A stretch of 64,000 bases of DNA from Myxococcales bacterium (GCA_047601445.1 JASGJH010000001.1:4960001-5024000); one strand, 5' to 3'. Counted from the stretch's first letter, positions 52,826 through 63,513 are shown. Notes: generated by a model from the sequence alone, not told the origin. Numbers and translations are program-made.

Positions 52826-54385
52826 TCAGCCCGCGCCGCCGGCTTTGGTCTGGAAGCGCTTGAAGTCACGCACGAAAGCGTCGTGGAGGTCGGCCGCGAG
52901 CTGCTTGGCCTCCTGCTCCGCCTTCTCGTTCATCAGCAGGCGGTCCACCGCCACGCTGCCGCCGAACTTGATGATCCAGCTCTCCAGCGCCTCGGCCGAA
53001 GCTACCACCGAGAACACCCCCGGTTGGCCCTCGGAGCGGCTGCCCAACTCGGCGTGCCAGGTGACTCCCTTGCCGTCGTTGCCCTTCACGGCCATGCGGA
53101 AGAAGTCCTCGGTGATTTGCTGGATGTTGCTCGAGATGAACACGTCCAGGAAGCCGGGCGAGAACAGGCCGAGCGCGCGGCCCTCCACCTTGACCTTGGG
53201 CATCTGACGCACCCAGCCGTCGTTGGACACGTAGGTACCGTGGACGTCGTAGTTGCTCTCCACGCGCAGGCCCTTCACGTTGACGATGATGCCCAGCATG
53301 TTGAGGCGGGCGTTGATCATCACCTGTGGATGCTTGAGGTTCGCCGCCAGCGGGTCGAGCGGCTCGGACTCGTAGACCTGGTTGTCGTCGAAGGGCAGCA
53401 CCTGACCGTCGCGGATGTAGAGCTCACAGCCGAACAGGAGCTTCTCGCTGTCGATGTGCAGGCGCACCAGGTCGCGGCCCTGGTCGTCGAGCACGCGCAA
53501 CGTGGTGGTCAGCACGTCCTTGAGCTTCTTCACGTGCTTGGCGAAGTTCGGGTACTTGTTCTTGAGGCGATCCGGTTCGGCGCGGATGCGCATCTTGATG
53601 TGGTGGTAGTTGCCCTCGTTCTGGGCGTCCTGGATGTCCTCGGCGCGACCGATGTTGCTCACCAGCTCTTCGCCGAGCGCAGGGAAGGCCTCGTAGAGCA
53701 CGGCCAGCACGTTGATGTCCTCAGCGCCGAGGCCGGGGTTCACCGACTTGATCTTGGAGATGGTGGCGGCCGAAGGGGCCGGCTTGTCGGTGGCAGAAGC
53801 GCCGCGGGGGTCGCCGTCGGTGGCGAGCCGGGCCAGGTCGTGTCCAGACTCGATCAGCGAGGAATAGGAGAGCTGCCCCACGCCGAGGCCCCAGCGGATC
53901 CCGAACAGGAGGCTGCTGTTGTCTTTGGTCTCACGCTGCTTGCCGTGCAGGAGCAGCGACATGTCCGCCAGGCCATTGCGGCCGGTGTCGAGGCCCACGT
54001 TGTACTTGGGATCGCCGTCGGTCTTGATCACCATGTACTTGTCTCCGCTGAGCTCACCCTTGACGGTCAGCTCGCGGCGCCCGGCGCGCTCGTCGGGCAA
54101 CAAGGCCTGGAACCCCTTCAGGTCGAAGTCCTCGAACTCTTTCCAGGCCTTGTCGATGAACTTCTGGGTCGGCTTGTCGACCTCGGTCTTGTGCAGGAAG
54201 GTCTCGAAGGCCCGGGTGAGCCGGTCGAGCGACTTGACCGCAACTCCCGTATCTCCGGCGCCCCACATCGTGACGAGCGGAGTCCAGCCGGCGATGGTCG
54301 TGTCGTTGGCGGCGGCGGCATAGGCGGTGCCGACCGCAGAGAGCCCGAGGGCGAGCAAAATGGCGCGAGTTTGGGTGGGATTCAT
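52826..54385 (-). CDS. Hypothetical secreted protein
   Basis: About 519-aa ORF, strong GC3 bias, signal peptide ending AYA-A; no family recognised. Confidence 0.75.
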   Translation of the reverse strand: MNPTQTRAILLALGLSAVGTAYAAAANDTTIAGWTPLVTMWGAGDTGVAVKSLDRLTRAFETFLHKTEVDKPTQKFIDKAWKEFEDFDLKGFQALLPDERAGRRELTVKGELSGDKYMVIKTDGDPKYNVGLDTGRNGLADMSLLLHGKQRETKDNSSLLFGIRWGLGVGQLSYSSLIESGHDLARLATDGDPRGASATDKPAPSAATISKIKSVNPGLGAEDINVLAVLYEAFPALGEELVSNIGRAEDIQDAQNEGNYHHIKMRIRAEPDRLKNKYPNFAKHVKKLKDVLTTTLRVLDDQGRDLVRLHIDSEKLLFGCELYIRDGQVLPFDDNQVYESEPLDPLAANLKHPQVMINARLNMLGIIVNVKGLRVESNYDVHGTYVSNDGWVRQMPKVKVEGRALGLFSPGFLDVFISSNIQQITEDFFRMAVKGNDGKGVTWHAELGSRSEGQPGVFSVVASAEALESWIIKFGGSVAVDRLLMNEKAEQEAKQLAADLHDAFVRDFKRFQTKAGGAG

Positions 54386-54588
54386 GGGGACACCCCTACC
54401 CCGGACCAAGTCGCGGCACAGTCACAGAGCGGACCCAAAGCCTTGACAGCTCTTGGCCAACCCCAGGTATCCCCTGCCCAGTCATTCCACGAGCGCCTCG
54501 TTTGTGGTCATCGATCGGGTCACCCGCGGTCATTGTGCGAGACGCCAACGCTTCCTAGGCTGCGCCGGGTCAGCCTGCTGGAGGCTCC

Positions 54589-55767
54589 ATGACCCTGCTC
54601 ATCGCCTACGTCGCGGCCGTCGTTTTCGCCGTCAGCTCCGCCATCACGCTCGTCGTCTATCTGTTGTGGCGGGGGCACCTGGCCTTCTGGGGACGCCGTC
54701 TGTTGGCCGAGGGCAGCTACGCGGAAGTCGAGCAACTCACGATGCCCGACGGCGGCTCCGTCACCCTGCGTCGCCTAGCGCTGCACGGAGAACCCACGAC
54801 CGGAGAGCGCATGCCGGTGCTGTTGGTGCACGGCCTGGCCATGAATCATCAGTGCCTGGATCTCGGCGAGGCCTCCCTGGCCCGCTCGCTGCAGCGCGAG
54901 GGCTTCGACGTCTGGCTGGTGACGCTGCGTTCCGGGCGCACCTATCTCTCGCCCTTCGGCCCGCGCACCAGCACCTTCGCGGCCATGGTCGAGCACGACC
55001 TGCCGCGCGCGGTGGACATCATCCTCGAGCGCACCGGCAAGCCCCAGCTCGACATCATGGGTCTCTCGATGGGCGGCATGCTGCTCTACGCGAGTCTCGG
55101 TCGCAGCCTGAGCGCAGACAAAGTCCATCGCGTGGTGTTGTTCGGTTCACCCGGCCAGATTCGTCCGCTCGGCTTGCTCAATTTGTCGCGCTTCATGCCG
55201 GCGGCGCTGGCGCTGAGCGTGCCATTGCGGGCGATGATCCGCACGGTGGCGTTCGCGCCCCGTCTGGTTCCGGGCCTCGTGTGGCGACGTCTGTACAACC
55301 CGGCCAACATGGAACGCCAGTTCGAGCGCCACATGCTGTGGAACGTGTGGGAAGGCATTCCCGGGCAGCTCGGGCGCGAGTTCGTGCTGTGGTCCGCGGC
55401 CAACGGCGTGGTCTCGGCGAACCGCGCACCGGTGCTGGCCGGGCTCGCCCAGGTCGACGTGCCCGTGTTGTTCTTCGCAGGCAGCGTGGACTGGCTGGCC
55501 CCGGTGCACAGCGTGCGCGCGGCGTACGAGGCCTGGGGCAGCGGTCTGCCCATGGTGGAGAAGCAATTCGTGGTGCTCGGACGCGAAACGAGCGGTGCCA
55601 CCTGTGACTACGGCCACTGTGATCTGGTGCTGGGTCAGCGCGCGCACACGGAGGCCTTCGAGCCTGCCGCGCGCTTCTTGCGGGCCGATGCGCGGCCGCG
55701 CACATTCGTGTCTTCGCCTGCCCCCAAACCCGGCAGCGTCTCGACTCCGCTCGCGCTCGAAGCGTGA
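54589..55767 (+). CDS. Alpha/beta hydrolase (lipase/PhaC-related fold) with N-terminal TM
   Basis: LLVHGL, GFDVW, GLSMGG, DYGHCDL. Confidence 0.85.
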   Translation: MTLLIAYVAAVVFAVSSAITLVVYLLWRGHLAFWGRRLLAEGSYAEVEQLTMPDGGSVTLRRLALHGEPTTGERMPVLLVHGLAMNHQCLDLGEASLARSLQREGFDVWLVTLRSGRTYLSPFGPRTSTFAAMVEHDLPRAVDIILERTGKPQLDIMGLSMGGMLLYASLGRSLSADKVHRVVLFGSPGQIRPLGLLNLSRFMPAALALSVPLRAMIRTVAFAPRLVPGLVWRRLYNPANMERQFERHMLWNVWEGIPGQLGREFVLWSAANGVVSANRAPVLAGLAQVDVPVLFFAGSVDWLAPVHSVRAAYEAWGSGLPMVEKQFVVLGRETSGATCDYGHCDLVLGQRAHTEAFEPAARFLRADARPRTFVSSPAPKPGSVSTPLALEA

Positions 55768-55820
55768 CGGCGGCCTGCCGCAGGAGGTAGATTCGTGGTG
55801 AGATCGGTCCGAGGGAGCAA

Positions 55821-56153
55821 ATGAAACCCGTCGTGCTTGCCCTGTGCAGCGTTCTGCTGGCTCCTTACCAGTGCGCCACCGCGGAGTACAAGCCGCCGGA
55901 GGACACCGCGCCCAAGTCGCTGTGGATCCTGGCCGAGCGCTTCGAGAAAGAGGGCCAGAGCTCCGCGCGCGAGACCACGCTCAAGCAGCTCGTGGAGCAA
56001 TATCCGGGTTCACGCTACGCGCATCGAGCACGCGCCCTCCTGGGCATGCCGGATCCGCTCGACGATCAGCTCGTCATGCCCACGGACGACGAGCCTGAAG
56101 ATGCGGGTGAGCCGCTGAGCGCGGAGAGCGTGGCACCCGACGCTGGCCACTGA
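55821..56153 (+). CDS. Small exported TPR-like protein
   Basis: Signal-like N-terminus, LVEQYPGSRYA. Confidence 0.6.
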   Translation: MKPVVLALCSVLLAPYQCATAEYKPPEDTAPKSLWILAERFEKEGQSSARETTLKQLVEQYPGSRYAHRARALLGMPDPLDDQLVMPTDDEPEDAGEPLSAESVAPDAGH

Positions 56154-56291
56154 GCGGACGGCATTCGTCCTGTTGTAGCGAGAAGAACCTTGACGACGAC
56201 TTTGACTTGAACGGCGACGGTGTTCGGACGGCCGCAACCGTCTGCGCAGGTCGCAGACTCCGCGCTCGCCCAAGGGCAAACCCACGAGCCG

Positions 56292-57308
56292 CTACTTCAA
56301 GCTCGCTCGGTACTCCGATGGGGTCATGCCGGTCCAGCGCTTGAACGCGCGATAGAACGCGGCCGGATCCGAGAAACGCAGCAGGAAGGCGATCTCACCC
56401 GCTGCCAGCTCGGAGCGCGCGAGGAGCTCCATGGCCCGGACTTTGCGCGTGTCCTCGAGTAGCTCCGAGAGCGTGGTGCCCTCGTCCTTGAGCCGTCTGC
56501 GCAGGGTGGACTCGCTCATGGCGAGCTGCTGCGCGATGTCGTTCATCTCCACCGCCCCGGTGGTCATGCCGCGCAGCAAGGCGCGCCGCACGAGCTCGGC
56601 CAACGGGCTCTCGCTATCGAGTTCCCTGAGTTTGGCCGCGGTCTGGCCCTCGAAGAGCTGCTGCAGCTCGCGATCGGCACCGGGCATCGGGCTGTCGAGG
56701 CGGCGTGCGGGGAAGCTGCACCCGGTATATTCGCTGCCGAAGGTGACAGGACACCGGAACAAGCGCTCGTATTCGGCGAGGTTGGTGCGATCTTCATGCG
56801 CGAACTGCAGGCTGAGCAAGGGCTCGTCGCGGCCCGTGAGGATCTGCACGAAGGTCTTGAGGTAAGCGATGATGAAGTCGTGGGCCGCCGGGGGCTCTTC
56901 CAGGCCGAGCAGCCGGTAACGCCAGGTCGCGACGCCGTTCTCTTCGAGGAGCTCCACCTCGGCGCCGTCGTGCATCAGCCGATGATAGCGGGCCACACAA
57001 TCTGCCGCCTCACGCAGCGTGGAGCAGGAGCGCGCGGTCATCTCGAGGACGTCCATGTCTCCCGGCTGCACGCTGAGGCCCGCCTTGAGGCCGAGCTGCG
57101 GGTCGTTGAGCGCGGCCACCGAGTTGCGCAGGATGCGCATGACAGTGCTGTGGGGAACCCGAGTATCGGCAGCCGTGAGATCCTCGTAGCGCAGCTGCTC
57201 GGCCAACACGATGCGCATGGTGCGCGGATCGGCGCCCACGGCGCGCATGAAGGGCCAAAAGAACCGGACCGAGAGCGTGGCAGCTTGGTGCTTGGAAGAC
57301 GTTGGCAC
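56292..57308 (-). CDS. AraC family transcriptional regulator (Arabinose_bd_2 type)
   Basis: MSESTLRRRL, EIAFLLRFSDPAAFYRAFKRWTGMTPSEYR. Confidence 0.92.
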   Translation of the reverse strand: MPTSSKHQAATLSVRFFWPFMRAVGADPRTMRIVLAEQLRYEDLTAADTRVPHSTVMRILRNSVAALNDPQLGLKAGLSVQPGDMDVLEMTARSCSTLREAADCVARYHRLMHDGAEVELLEENGVATWRYRLLGLEEPPAAHDFIIAYLKTFVQILTGRDEPLLSLQFAHEDRTNLAEYERLFRCPVTFGSEYTGCSFPARRLDSPMPGADRELQQLFEGQTAAKLRELDSESPLAELVRRALLRGMTTGAVEMNDIAQQLAMSESTLRRRLKDEGTTLSELLEDTRKVRAMELLARSELAAGEIAFLLRFSDPAAFYRAFKRWTGMTPSEYRASLK

Positions 57309-57407
57309 CGGGATTCTCTTCGCCGCGCATGACTTTACGCGCGCGTAGAGAACGAGTGTGCCGCATGAGCTCTGGACCGCACAAGCCGTCGCAGCCCGTG
57401 CGAGGCT

Positions 57408-58466
57408 TCACTCCCAGCTGGTCATACCGCGCCCAGCCTGCGAGGCGGGCGCGACGCTGCCCGAGGAAGCGACGTTCGCGGGCTCGCCGGCAGACAGGAA
57501 GGCATCGGCGTCCCGGGCCGTCTCCTGCGGGAACTCCTCCATGGGGATGTGCCCGCCTTCCGGATACACCTTGACCTCCAGGCCCTCCACGTCGGCCTTC
57601 CAGGTGTCGATCAAGGCCCGCGGCACCCAGCGATCCTTGCCGCCCCACATGAGCAGCGTGGGGACCTTGATCTCGCGCACGTGGGCCGCCATCGAATTCA
57701 GGTCGTTGTACCTCCTCAACACCTTGAAGTACTCCACCATCGACGTCTTGTGGCCCTTCTTGAGCAGAAGCTCGTGGTACCGCAGCACGGTTTCATCGCT
57801 CACGCTCTCGGGGTGCCCGTACACCTTGCGCACGTTGCGCCGCACGATGAAGCGTGGCGCCGCGATCTGGGCCAACGTACCGCCGAAGCCGCCCGAGGCG
57901 AACTTGATGATGCGCGGCAAGGGTTGCTGATAGGCGATGGGGTCGATCAGGATCAGCTTCTGGACGCGCTCCGGGTGCTTGGTGGCGTAGTACCAGGCGA
58001 TGAAGCCCCCGAGCGAGTTGCCAGCGAGGTAGAAGCGCTCGGTCTTGTCAGCGAACTCCGGATGCCGCTTGGCGCCCTCGAGGCGCGCCTTCTCGAAGAA
58101 CTCGATCGCGTACTCCGGAGTGTAGTTCTTGTTGGCGAGCGGCTCACTCAGGCCGAAGCCCGGGATGTCGAGCACGAGGATGTGATACTTCTTGCCCAGT
58201 TCCTCGATCCAACCGTCCCAGGTGTGCGTATCGGCCAACACGCCGTGCAGGAGCAGGAGCCCGGGCCCCTCGGGGTTGCCCTCGATGCGGTAGTGCGCCT
58301 TGGTGCCGTCGATCGTCATGAACAAGGAGTTGCTCCGACCGTACTTTTGAAGGAGCACGTCATCCTTGATGGTGCCCATCCCCATGCGTTGACAGGCGCT
58401 GAGACCAAGCAGCAAGCAGAGCACGAACCATGGATGAACGGAGAAGCGCTGGCGTATGGACTTCAT
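57408..58466 (-). CDS. Alpha/beta hydrolase, probable lipoprotein
   Basis: LSAC lipobox, LLHG, DIPGFG, GNSLGG, GHIPMEE. Confidence 0.9.
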   Translation of the reverse strand: MKSIRQRFSVHPWFVLCLLLGLSACQRMGMGTIKDDVLLQKYGRSNSLFMTIDGTKAHYRIEGNPEGPGLLLLHGVLADTHTWDGWIEELGKKYHILVLDIPGFGLSEPLANKNYTPEYAIEFFEKARLEGAKRHPEFADKTERFYLAGNSLGGFIAWYYATKHPERVQKLILIDPIAYQQPLPRIIKFASGGFGGTLAQIAAPRFIVRRNVRKVYGHPESVSDETVLRYHELLLKKGHKTSMVEYFKVLRRYNDLNSMAAHVREIKVPTLLMWGGKDRWVPRALIDTWKADVEGLEVKVYPEGGHIPMEEFPQETARDADAFLSAGEPANVASSGSVAPASQAGRGMTSWE

Positions 58467-58700
58467 GCGTGCTTCCTACGGCGCACACGCAGCAACCACA
58501 GTGACAGCGCACGCCCGAAACGCTGTCCATGCACCTGCGCCGCACGGCGGTCAGCGAAAGGGGCCGTCGGCGGTCACTGCGAACGCGAGCGCGCTGAATG
58601 ATCGGGGGCTGACCACCATCGAGCTACCAGCGCTTGCCCGCTGTCTGGTCGACGCCACGCAATGCGGCATCGGAGGAACACCGGACTCGGAAGCCAGGCT

Positions 58701-60155
58701 TCAGGCCGCGTTGCGGGTCTTTTCGGCGGGAAGGTTACGCACCGCAGCCGAGGACGTGCGCTCGGGTAGACGCGTGAGATCCATGGGCGGGAGGCTCGCC
58801 GTGAGACGACGCAGGTAGTAGCGCGCCATGCCCATCAGTACCTTCGGGGTCATCAGCTCGAGCGGCTGCTTCACCATGTGCAGCGCCTGCAGCAGCGCGA
58901 TGAACACCTCGTCTTCGTACTGGCAGGCGCGCAGGAAGGTGTGCCCCATACGCCGGCTCAGCTCGGTATACCAGGGACGCTTGCCTTGCGTGCCCGGCCA
59001 AGCGAGATCGAGCAGGGCCGTGGACTCCCAGGCTGGAAAGGCGAACTTCTTGGCCGCCGGATAGAAACGCCGGGCGAGCGTGTCGAGGTCCGCGTCCTTG
59101 CGCAGCACGTCGCGCAGGATGCGAGCGCAGGTGACGCCGATGGACATGCCCTGGCCGTAGAGCGGATTGTAGGCCCACACCGAGTCGCCGACGGCCAGGA
59201 AGTTCTTCATGGCAGGCGGCGTGCGCTCGAAGTGGTTCCAGCGCATCTCGAGTCGACGGAAGGTGCGCACGGGCGTCACGGGCTCGGCGTGGGAGAGCCA
59301 TTCCTGAAAAAGCGGCGTCTGAAAGCGCTCGCCGAAGCTCGCGAAACCCGCCTCGTCGTTGGGCGGATACATCTCGTTGAAGCCGCCGATGGTCACCACC
59401 CACTGATTGCCCTCGAGCGGCGAGATCACGCCCCACTGCGGGCGATGGGGAAAGAGCTGGTCGACGGTCATCGCCTTGTTCAGGTAGGGACTGTCGTCGC
59501 GCACCTTGTAGAACCGCGAGGCGTAGCCGCAGCGCGAGTCCACCAGGGTCTCTTTGGGGAGCGGGAGCTTGCGGTCCTCGAACCACTTCTTCCACAGCGC
59601 GGCGCGACCCGAGCAATCCACCACCAGCTGGCCGCGGATCTCGCGGTGCTCTGCGTGGTCCGTGCGCAGACCGACGGCGCGGATGTCGCTCCCCTCACCC
59701 TCGGTGAGCAGCTCCTCCACGCGGGTGCCCTCGAGCAACAAAACGTTCTGGACCAAGGCCCGAAAACGCTGACGCTCGGCGAACTCCATCAGGGTGCGCG
59801 TGGCGGCCAATGCCACGAACCCCGTCTCGAAGAGCGGACAAAAGCCCACGTCCGTGCAGCGCGCCACATCCCGCCCGTGATCGAGCCGCACCGCGCCGAG
59901 ACGCAGGGCCTCCTCCGTGAAGCCCGGAAAGAGCTCGTCGAGCTCCCGCTGTCCACGCATGGTGAGGTTGTGGATGTGATAGCTCTGCTGCACGCCACGG
60001 CGATGCTCGGGCGCTTCTCTGGAGAGCGAGTCCTTCTCGACCACGACCACTTCGCGAAAGTGCTCGGATAGCGCGCGCGCCACCGCCAGGCCGACCATGC
60101 TGCCGCCGATGACGATCGCCCGTTCGTGATTCGAAACTACCTTGGGTGCGCTCAC
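58701..60155 (-). CDS. FAD-dependent oxidoreductase/monooxygenase
   Basis: VIGGSMVG, VVDCSGR, GDS...NPLYGQGMS; GTG start inferred. Confidence 0.85.
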   Translation of the reverse strand: MSAPKVVSNHERAIVIGGSMVGLAVARALSEHFREVVVVEKDSLSREAPEHRRGVQQSYHIHNLTMRGQRELDELFPGFTEEALRLGAVRLDHGRDVARCTDVGFCPLFETGFVALAATRTLMEFAERQRFRALVQNVLLLEGTRVEELLTEGEGSDIRAVGLRTDHAEHREIRGQLVVDCSGRAALWKKWFEDRKLPLPKETLVDSRCGYASRFYKVRDDSPYLNKAMTVDQLFPHRPQWGVISPLEGNQWVVTIGGFNEMYPPNDEAGFASFGERFQTPLFQEWLSHAEPVTPVRTFRRLEMRWNHFERTPPAMKNFLAVGDSVWAYNPLYGQGMSIGVTCARILRDVLRKDADLDTLARRFYPAAKKFAFPAWESTALLDLAWPGTQGKRPWYTELSRRMGHTFLRACQYEDEVFIALLQALHMVKQPLELMTPKVLMGMARYYLRRLTASLPPMDLTRLPERTSSAAVRNLPAEKTRNAA

Positions 60156-60306
60156 GTTGGTCCCGTCCGAGCCAAGTTGAGTATCAGTGTCGGGCGATGG
60201 GGGCAAGACCTTCCAGGTATCCAATCGTGGCCAAGCTTGTGACCATGCTGGAGGTTTTCCGCGCACCAGGAATCTGTGGCTCGAGCCTGCGCTGGCGAGG
60301 TGATCC

Positions 60307-61515
60307 TCAGTACTCTTCGCACAGATAGGCGCGGCCGTCGGTGCACGCAGTATCGTTCCACTTGTCGTTGCTCGGCGTGACCGCCAAGCAATCCTCGCCG
60401 TTGCTGCAGGCGCCGATGTTTAGCACGCCGCAGCTGCAGCCTTGGTTGTCGGGCTGACCGTTGTCCCAGGCCGTGTACGCACCGGGCGCATCGGTGCAGG
60501 TGGTGGCGTTGCCATTCGTGAAGCTGCAGAAGGTCGGGCCGTTTTCGCTGTTGTTGGCCGGGTCGACCCAGCGCCACACGCCCTCGGCCGTGGTCTTGCG
60601 ACAGGCCGTTGCACCGCTGCCGTTGTCGCCGCGATCGTGGCCGCCCAACCAATAGTCGCCCTTGACGTTGATGTTGGCGAGGGCCGTGACCAGGCCGCCG
60701 AACTCGCTCAGCGTGTTGATGATGGCGAGGTCGTAGCCGAGCGTGCGGCACGCCACACGGGCTGCATCCCAGCTGCGCTGGTCACGACAGAACTTGTAGT
60801 GGCGTCCGGACACCGTGAGCGCGTCGCAGGTGGCCGCCGGGATCGGCACGCACTGCTGATCGACGCACTGACGATCACTCGCACAGGTCATGCCGCAGCC
60901 GCCGCAGTCGGACGGGCTTGGCACGCAGGCATCGTGGGTCGCGCCAGAATCCTGGCAAGCGCCCGGGTTTGCCGCGCAGTCGATGGGGCTCGCGTCAGCG
61001 TCGTCGCCGTCTCCGCCGGCCTCCGACTGGGTGTCCGCGTCGGGCACGCTGCCGTCGCTGCCAGGGAGCGAGCCGGCATCGAGACCGGGCAGGTGAGGCT
61101 GCACCACGATGTTGTCGGGCCCAATCTGCGAATTCACTGCGGGCAGTGGCCCGATGTCGGCGTTGGGCACCAGCATCAGCTCGAGCCCAGTGCGCTTGCC
61201 CTGCTTGAACGAGCCCCCGTGCTTGGCCCCGCCCACGACGGCCCCGTCGCGCAGGCCGAAGGCACGGAGCGCGAACTCGTGCGCGTCGCGCTCGCCCGCG
61301 GCGCTGACCAGCACCTCCATGGGCCACACCGTGCGCGGAAGCTCGACCACCGCGGCGTTCACCTCGATGCGCACGGAGGTGGCCGTCATGGCCTCGCCCT
61401 GCGCCTCGATGGAGACCAATACCTCGGTCTTTCCTTCGCTCTCACCGCCGCAGCCGATCGCCAGACTCCACGCCCACAACAAGGTCAGACGCAGCCAGGC
61501 AGTCCTCAGTGCCAT
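60307..61515 (-). CDS. Lipoprotein with C-terminal C-type lectin domain
   Basis: AIGC lipobox; SWDAARVAC, YWLGG, QPDN, EDC, WNDTAC, YLCE. Confidence 0.85.
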   Translation of the reverse strand: MALRTAWLRLTLLWAWSLAIGCGGESEGKTEVLVSIEAQGEAMTATSVRIEVNAAVVELPRTVWPMEVLVSAAGERDAHEFALRAFGLRDGAVVGGAKHGGSFKQGKRTGLELMLVPNADIGPLPAVNSQIGPDNIVVQPHLPGLDAGSLPGSDGSVPDADTQSEAGGDGDDADASPIDCAANPGACQDSGATHDACVPSPSDCGGCGMTCASDRQCVDQQCVPIPAATCDALTVSGRHYKFCRDQRSWDAARVACRTLGYDLAIINTLSEFGGLVTALANINVKGDYWLGGHDRGDNGSGATACRKTTAEGVWRWVDPANNSENGPTFCSFTNGNATTCTDAPGAYTAWDNGQPDNQGCSCGVLNIGACSNGEDCLAVTPSNDKWNDTACTDGRAYLCEEY

Positions 61516-62168
61516 GAAAGGGCCTCGATGGTCACACCACTGTTCGGCTTGGGCCGCTCGTCGCCGTCTTTGCCGGCCGCCAGCACCGAGATGATCACGC
61601 CCGCGCTCACGGCCACCACGGCAGCGGCCACGCCGCCCCAGAGACGACGCTTGCGGGTACGCTCGCTGTGCTCTCGCGTGTTGGCCGGAGTCGGCGCGAG
61701 GGGCACCGCGGAGCGCTTGGCCGCGTCCGCGCGGGCTTGCTCGTTGGCCTCGGCTTCCGCGAGCGACGCGCGCAGCGCGCGCACACGGTTCTGCACCTCG
61801 GACACGCGCTCGGGGTCGGGCTCGTGATTCAGGTAGGTCTCGAAGGCCGCCACGGCCTCACGGTCGCGCCGCAAGCGGTCGTAGGCGAGGCCGATGTTGT
61901 ACTGCAGCGCCGAGCGTTGGCTCAGCTCGTAGGCGCGCTCGAAGTAGCCGAGCGAGTCGACGTAGCGGCCGTCTTCATAGGCCACTTTGCCCGCCTCGAA
62001 CAGCGCGCGCGCTTCATCGTCGCGCGAGTGCCCGACTTCGCCCTGAGGCGGCGCGGCCTGCGCGGCCTGCGCATGGGCCAGCTCGCCCCCATCCACGACC
62101 AGCCAGAGCAGTGCGCCCACGATCCAAGCTAAAAAAGGCATGACAACCCGAGTTGCAACTCTCGCCAT
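61506..62168 (-). CDS. TPR protein with signal peptide and C-terminal TM
   Basis: ARALFEAG..AYEDGRY, FERAYEL, YNIGLAY; alternative start 62141. Confidence 0.85.
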   Translation of the reverse strand: MARVATRVVMPFLAWIVGALLWLVVDGGELAHAQAAQAAPPQGEVGHSRDDEARALFEAGKVAYEDGRYVDSLGYFERAYELSQRSALQYNIGLAYDRLRRDREAVAAFETYLNHEPDPERVSEVQNRVRALRASLAEAEANEQARADAAKRSAVPLAPTPANTREHSERTRKRRLWGGVAAAVVAVSAGVIISVLAAGKDGDERPKPNSGVTIEALSWH

Positions 62169-62390
62169 AGTAAGGGCAGACAGGCAGCGTACACAAGCAA
62201 CCCGAACCGCCCGCTTTGTAGGACGTCGGCAGGTACGCGCGAGACCGAACGAGGGGATGTGGCGAGTTTGGAGATCCCGCATTCGGATGGAGCAGCGCTC
62301 GTTTCGAAGCACCTTCGTCCAGATCCCTAGAGGTGCTGGGATTCGAAATGTAAACAGGTATTTGGAACGCGACTTGCCATTGCCCTTTGC

Positions 62391-63287
62391 ATGCAGAACG
62401 CGGACGAAGGTGCGCTACGTCGCTCGCTGGCGCGCCTCGGCGCGGAGCTCGAGCAAGTAGCCTCCGTCAGTGCCATCGCACCCCCCATCACGCCCGGATC
62501 ACCGCTCGTGTTGCTGCACCCATTCTCGATGTGCGCAGACGTATGGCGACCGGTGCTACCCCTGCTGACGCGCGAGCATGAGGTCTTCGCCCTCAACATC
62601 CCGGGCCACCTCGGTGGCGACCCGCTGCCTGAGCGCTTCGTGCATTCGGTGGAGACCGGCGTGGATCTGTTGGAAGCCAAACTGGATGCACTGGGTATCC
62701 GCCAGGCACACATCGTGGGCAACTCGCTCGGCGGCTGGTTCGCCATCGAGCTGGCCCGCCGGCAGCGCGCTCTCTCGGTGGTGGCGATGGCACCGGGAGG
62801 CGGCTGGGAGATGGGCAGTCGCGCCCATCGACGGCTCCTGCGCCGCATGCAGTTGGCGCGCGTCATGGTGAACTTCGGCGGCCCCGCCGCTGGGATCCTC
62901 GGTCGCTACTCGCTGCTGCGACGCCTCACGCTCGGCTACACCGTCGCGCGCCCGGAGCTTCTGACACCACACGACGCCCGCATGTTCATCCACGCGGCCT
63001 GGCGCTGCACCAGCTTCAATGGCGTGGTCAGCTGCATGGCCACGCAGGCGCTGGAGGAACCGCTGCATCTGCCGTGTCCGGTGCGCTTCGTGTGGGGCAG
63101 CGCGGACCGCGTACTGCCGATGCGAGACTACGCAGAGCGCTGGCGTCGCGCCTTGCCGCAAGCGGACTGGGTCGTGCTACCCGACGTCGGACACGTGCAG
63201 ATGCACGACGACCCAGAGGGTGTCGCGCGCAGCATCCTCGAGATCACATGTGCGTCAGGGCATGCGCACGTGGCGGCCGCTGGATAG
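62391..63287 (+). CDS. Alpha/beta hydrolase
   Basis: HIVGNSLGG, WGSADRV, GHVQMHDDP. Confidence 0.88.
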   Translation: MQNADEGALRRSLARLGAELEQVASVSAIAPPITPGSPLVLLHPFSMCADVWRPVLPLLTREHEVFALNIPGHLGGDPLPERFVHSVETGVDLLEAKLDALGIRQAHIVGNSLGGWFAIELARRQRALSVVAMAPGGGWEMGSRAHRRLLRRMQLARVMVNFGGPAAGILGRYSLLRRLTLGYTVARPELLTPHDARMFIHAAWRCTSFNGVVSCMATQALEEPLHLPCPVRFVWGSADRVLPMRDYAERWRRALPQADWVVLPDVGHVQMHDDPEGVARSILEITCASGHAHVAAAG

Positions 63288-63311
63288 GCCGTTTGGGGCG
63301 GAAACAACGCA

Positions 63312-63358
63312 CTTCGTGAGCGCAGCGAACCTCGCGGTGGGGTGGGTGACCTCCCCGA
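63312..63358. repeat. Internally shortened copy of the 29479-29563 repeat
   Basis: CTTCGTGAGCGCAGCGAACCTCGCGGTGGGGTGGG joined directly to TGACCTCCCCGA. Confidence 0.75.
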
Positions 63359-63513
63359 TGACGATGAAACTGCACGACGGGTACTCGAGCACACGATCGT
63401 AAGCCGTTTTAAGGGCGTAGAACGTCTATGTGCTTGCTGATGCGCGCTGCGCGCGCTGATGCGGTCGCGGCGCTGCGCGCTCGACCCAGGCCCCAAGCCG
63501 TCCGGAGGCGCTG

